The notes beneath the pieces are model-generated. The model was not told the DNA's origin and searched no databases. It saw nothing but the letters and a program-made list of their open reading frames with translations. Source: an uncultured delta proteobacterium (GTDB taxonomy: Bacteria; Myxococcota_A; Polyangia; Polyangiales; Houyiibacteriaceae). Taken from it: 64,000 nt of DNA. Shown here piece after piece: positions 60,351 through 64,000 of this stretch. Each line of letters starts with the position of its first letter. Position 1 is the first letter of the stretch. The stretch lies in contig CAVOVB010000001.1 in NCBI GenBank assembly GCA_963699755.1, positions 640,001-704,000 on the forward strand, written 5' to 3'. The position numbers were made by a program, and so were the translations under genes.

Positions 60351-61271
60351 TCAGTCCTTTTTGCCCTTCGCTTCTTTGGCGCGCCGGTAGGCCTTGGTGA
60401 GGAGCTGCGGAGGATGATGCCCCCACTCGCTGACCTTGTCGTGGGTCATGCTCTTCCAACCCTCTCCGATTTCGATGGCCCCAGCGCCGAACTCGAAGTG
60501 AAAACCGGAGGGCGTGTACCCGTAGAACGAAAACATCTTGTCGTTGGGGTGCCGCCCCAGGGTTTGGTGAACCATCCCGCCGGAGAAGAGGAAGCGATCG
60601 TAACACCTGCCGACTTCATCCAGCGTCTTGGACTGCACCATGAAGTGGTGAATGCGCTTGAGCTGCCCGCCACCGAATGCAAGCGAGTGATGCCGCGCGT
60701 TGGCGTGCATGAAGGTGACGTTGATCTCGTGCCCAAAGTACTCACAACGAATGTAGTCGCTGAGCTCGAGCCCGAAGATGCTCGCATAGAACTGTTCCTG
60801 CTTCGCGTCGTCTTTGGAGACGACGACGACGTGTCCAAAACCCTGTTCGTCCGCGACGAAACCCGAAGCGACGACTTCGGAGAGGAACGGCTCGTCGGCC
60901 ATCCTGGGACCGTAGAAGATCTCGATCGGGTTCCCAGCCGGATCACTTGCTCGAACGAGCGCCTGAACGTTTCGCCTAGCGGCGTCGTCCTGGCTAGCCT
61001 CGACGACCTCGTGTCCGGCACGTTTGAGGCTTTGGACGATCTCTTCGAGCGCCGCGGGGCCTTCGACCTCCCAGCCGACCGCCGCCAGGTCGTCCGCCGG
61101 CCCCTTCTCGATGAAGAAGCGCTGCTGATAGCCATCCATGCGTAGAGAAAAACCGCTATCACCGCGCCGATCGACCAGCTGGAGACCAAGAATCTTGGTT
61201 CCGAAATTCTCCCACGCCGCGAGGTCGCTGACCTCGAAGACCAAGTATCCCGCTTGCTTTACCGCAGCCAT
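60351..61271 (-). CDS. hsaC: Extradiol ring-cleavage dioxygenase, TesB/HsaC/BphC family
   Basis: LRMD, DPAGNPIE, GFGHVV, NARHHSLA, IHHFM, LGRHPNDKMFSFY.TPSGF..EFG. Confidence 0.85.
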   Translation of the reverse strand: MAAVKQAGYLVFEVSDLAAWENFGTKILGLQLVDRRGDSGFSLRMDGYQQRFFIEKGPADDLAAVGWEVEGPAALEEIVQSLKRAGHEVVEASQDDAARRNVQALVRASDPAGNPIEIFYGPRMADEPFLSEVVASGFVADEQGFGHVVVVSKDDAKQEQFYASIFGLELSDYIRCEYFGHEINVTFMHANARHHSLAFGGGQLKRIHHFMVQSKTLDEVGRCYDRFLFSGGMVHQTLGRHPNDKMFSFYGYTPSGFHFEFGAGAIEIGEGWKSMTHDKVSEWGHHPPQLLTKAYRRAKEAKGKKD

Positions 61272-61324
61272 TTGCCTTGCCTCCGGCCGCATCATAGTAC
61301 GGAGGCCGCATCTGGCTACGGAGA

Positions 61325-62032
61325 ATGTTGATGAAATCCACCGCAACGGCGAGAGGGCCCACGGTCCCGACTGCAGCAGTCATCGCAACCGTCGTCGTCG
61401 TCGGCACGCTGTTCCACACCTGGCTGCACCAGCGCGAGCACGGCATCTACAACATTACGCAGATCGGCTTGGCGTTCTTCCTGGTGATCAACATGATGAT
61501 CGCGTGGTGGGAGATCGCGTTGTTCGTCTGCCAAGATCAGATTCACGCCGAGTACGAGGCCACCAAGGAACCTTACCGCGGACGCGAGCTGCAACGAATC
61601 GGAGAGATCTTCGCGCGCCGCATCCCGCTGTTGCGCGTTTTCTCCTTCAGCGAGTGGACGACGATTTGGTCGGGCTATTCGCTCTTCGACCCGGGGTACT
61701 CCGACCGACGCTCGTTCGGCTACAACATCGACGTAGGCAACGGCTTCACGACCCTGATTCCGGCAACCCTATTCGCATTCGGCATGACCTTCGAGCTGAT
61801 GCCAGCGCGCTGGCTCGGCATCATCGGCGTGGTCATGTTCTGGCAGATGTTCTACGGAACCTCGGTTTACTTTTTCCAGTTCTTCAACAACGGCCGCCAC
61901 GAAGGCCACTCGCTCAGGGACCTCCTGCTCTTCGTCGGCATCACCAACCTGATGTGGCTCGTATTTCCGATCTGGGGGCTCTGGACGAGCATCCAGCTGA
62001 TTCTGAGCGGCTCCTACGGCCTCTTTCTCTAG
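61325..62032 (+). CDS. Integral membrane protein, possible EBP/EXPERA-like
   Basis: Five TM segments; W..Y...DP.Y and terminal NLMWLVFP pattern. Confidence 0.6.
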   Translation: MLMKSTATARGPTVPTAAVIATVVVVGTLFHTWLHQREHGIYNITQIGLAFFLVINMMIAWWEIALFVCQDQIHAEYEATKEPYRGRELQRIGEIFARRIPLLRVFSFSEWTTIWSGYSLFDPGYSDRRSFGYNIDVGNGFTTLIPATLFAFGMTFELMPARWLGIIGVVMFWQMFYGTSVYFFQFFNNGRHEGHSLRDLLLFVGITNLMWLVFPIWGLWTSIQLILSGSYGLFL

Positions 62033-63408
62033 ATCGCGCGCCGGTCTCTCGATTTCAGCATCATTTTCTGCATCTGCTTGAAGTCGGCAACGGCATCCTG
62101 CTCGTCGGTCGAAAACGGATAGTCGGCGCCGATCGAATGGGCAACGACCAGCCCGGACATGAAGGACAAGTCGTGTCCGCCCTCTGGAGTCGTGAACGTA
62201 CCGCAGTAGTAGAGCCCGTCCTTCCCCTGAAGGTGTCGCATCATCGACATGATGATGAGGTTCCCCAGCGAGACGCTGTGGGTGGGATGGGGCAGCTCGA
62301 TCCGTTTCTGAGCTCGCTCGATCGGCCGCTTCGCGTTGAAGGTGACCAGCATCGGCACACCCTGGTCCTTGGTGCTCGGGTTCTGGGCCGAGATGACGAA
62401 AGTGCACTCGAGCTCGCCCGCTTCATCGATTTGCGAATAGGTGTTGTACCCGGAGAGGATCTTGTCGCGATGTTCCCCGGGGAAGATGCTCGTGTCGGAG
62501 TGAACGATGAAGCTGGAGAACGTCGGATCGACGTCGTCTACGTACTCAGCCCTGCTGAAGAGGAGCCTCTGAAGCCAGCTGGGAGATTCGAGCGCGTCGA
62601 GCACCGAGGTCGCATCACAGGCGAAGACCACCTCATCGGCTTCGTAGCTCCGCCCTCTTGCATCAGCGAGGATGTACCGACCGTTTCTCCGTTTCACGCT
62701 CGTGATTTCGTGGTCGCAGTGCACCCGATCCGAAAATCGCGCCGTCATGCGGTCGAAAACCTGCCGGGGCGCGCCTTGCCAGGTTCCCATCTGCGTAGGC
62801 TCTTCGAGAGGTACGATGCTTTCGAGCAAGGGCAGGATCACCGCGGGAACCCCGCGCATCGAAGTCGTGATGAAGCTCGCGCAGTGGATCGGAACGAAGA
62901 TCGTGTCCCAGAAGTCGCGCGAGATCCCAAAGAGCCGGGCCATCCAGTAGAGCGGGATGAAGTTGAGCGGGTTGAAATACGAGAAGTGGTAGAGAGAGTC
63001 GTGTTTGTTTCTTGGCAGGAAGAAATCGTTCACCTTGCTGACGAAGGCGACGAGCCGCTTCCACCGGCGAAACTCGGGCGCGAATCGCTGCTGGAGCGCG
63101 GTTTGCCCGTCCTGGCAGAAGTGCCCCTCGGGGGTCTGCACGAAGTATGAGATGGGCAAGGTTTCGATTCCGACGCCTAGCTGCTGCAGGAGCAGCTCGT
63201 AGTTGTGGTAGTACATCTGCGGCCAGGCGACGACGAGGAGGGGCGAGTCCGCATGGCCTCGATCGGTGCGCCAGCGAAAGGTCTTCGCGTTGCCGCCGAG
63301 CGCAGGGCCCTTCTCGAAGATGTCTACCTCGTAGCCCGAGCGGCTGAGCGACCAGGCCGCGCCAACCCCGGCGATACCCCCTCCAACGACCGCTATCTGC
63401 TTGGTCAT
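62029..63408 (-). CDS. FAD-dependent oxidoreductase (amine-oxidase/COG2907-like)
   Basis: IAVVGGGIAG, FEKGPALGGNA, LQGKDGLYYCG...GGHDLSFMSG. Confidence 0.85.
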   Translation of the reverse strand: MTKQIAVVGGGIAGVGAAWSLSRSGYEVDIFEKGPALGGNAKTFRWRTDRGHADSPLLVVAWPQMYYHNYELLLQQLGVGIETLPISYFVQTPEGHFCQDGQTALQQRFAPEFRRWKRLVAFVSKVNDFFLPRNKHDSLYHFSYFNPLNFIPLYWMARLFGISRDFWDTIFVPIHCASFITTSMRGVPAVILPLLESIVPLEEPTQMGTWQGAPRQVFDRMTARFSDRVHCDHEITSVKRRNGRYILADARGRSYEADEVVFACDATSVLDALESPSWLQRLLFSRAEYVDDVDPTFSSFIVHSDTSIFPGEHRDKILSGYNTYSQIDEAGELECTFVISAQNPSTKDQGVPMLVTFNAKRPIERAQKRIELPHPTHSVSLGNLIIMSMMRHLQGKDGLYYCGTFTTPEGGHDLSFMSGLVVAHSIGADYPFSTDEQDAVADFKQMQKMMLKSRDRRAI

Positions 63409-63431
63409 ACGGCTCTCCCCAATCTCCTTCG

Positions 63432-64000
63432 CTACGCCCGCTTTGGTACCAAATCGACGATCGGCCCGTGGCGCAAAGTGTGACAGAGGCCTTTGTAGAT
63501 GCCGAGCGATTCGTAGACCGCCGCGGTCATCATCACCGTCCGGGTCTGCCCGATGATCGTGAATGGGAAGCCGCTGTGCAGAAAGGCAAACGAAAGCCGG
63601 TGCTCGGGGTTCGCCCAACCCCCAGCTCCACCTAACCCGAAATGTCCGAAGGCCGCCGGGACGTCCATCAGGAAAGCGTCGGTTCGGTGATAGCCGAGCT
63701 TCCAATGAAGGGGATAGATCGTGACCCTGTCGGCGCGCCTAGTTTGGACCTCGGACGCTTTTCGAACGACTTCTTCGGAGACCAGCCGGACGCCGTCGAG
63801 CTGGCCGCCCATCGAAAGCGGCGCGTACAACTTGGCGAGCGAACGCGCGGTCGCGACGCCGTTCATCGCAGGCAAGCAGGCCTTCCAAAACGCCGGATGC
63901 GAAAAGAGCTCCTTGGCATTTCGCGGAGTAATTCCGCGGCGACAGAGATCGCGCATCTGATTGGAGCGGACCCAGAAGGGCACGCGGTAGTCGATCCTGA
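63432..64000 (-). CDS. Serine hydrolase (beta-lactamase/EstB family), C-terminal part
   Basis: PAMNGVATARSLAKLY, AFGHFGLGGAGGWANPE; start lies outside the window. Confidence 0.85.
   Translation of the reverse strand, partial: RIDYRVPFWVRSNQMRDLCRRGITPRNAKELFSHPAFWKACLPAMNGVATARSLAKLYAPLSMGGQLDGVRLVSEEVVRKASEVQTRRADRVTIYPLHWKLGYHRTDAFLMDVPAAFGHFGLGGAGGWANPEHRLSFAFLHSGFPFTIIGQTRTVMMTAAVYESLGIYKGLCHTLRHGPIVDLVPKRA

Overview
High-GC bacterial chromosome segment with no phage, transposase, integrase or CRISPR array. Gene content (Gly-rich-linker lipoproteins, a DUF1592/DUF1552 pair, sigma54 regulators) points to a Myxococcota/Polyangia-type organism; this taxonomy is inferred, not tested. Main elements: (1) a tRNA-Ile/tRNA-Ala/23S/5S operon with its own promoter and boxA but no 16S gene, with three copies of a ~67-bp hairpin element in its spacers; (2) a candidate sigma54 regulon of RRM protein, SET-domain protein, pseudo-receiver activator and two small proteins, sharing a GTGCA-N5-TGCAC site; (3) much steroid/lipid catabolism: EchA19-like hydratase, TesB/HsaC and TesD/HsaD homologues with a perfect KstR-type operator, two P450s, two F420-family oxidoreductases, SDRs and an EBP-like protein; (4) a TetR-led operon of membrane-tailed KshB-like reductase, ERG25-family di-iron hydroxylase and ERG26/NSDHL-like decarboxylase, facing ALDH and GMC genes. 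This is the best candidate for an undescribed system, possibly catabolic sterol C-4 demethylation; (5) a pgsB-pgsC-pgsW poly-gamma-glutamate operon, a linalool-dehydratase-like lipoprotein and a possible class Ic aaRS-fold orphan; (6) several internally collapsed pseudogenes. All family calls come from reading motifs by eye, not from database searches.
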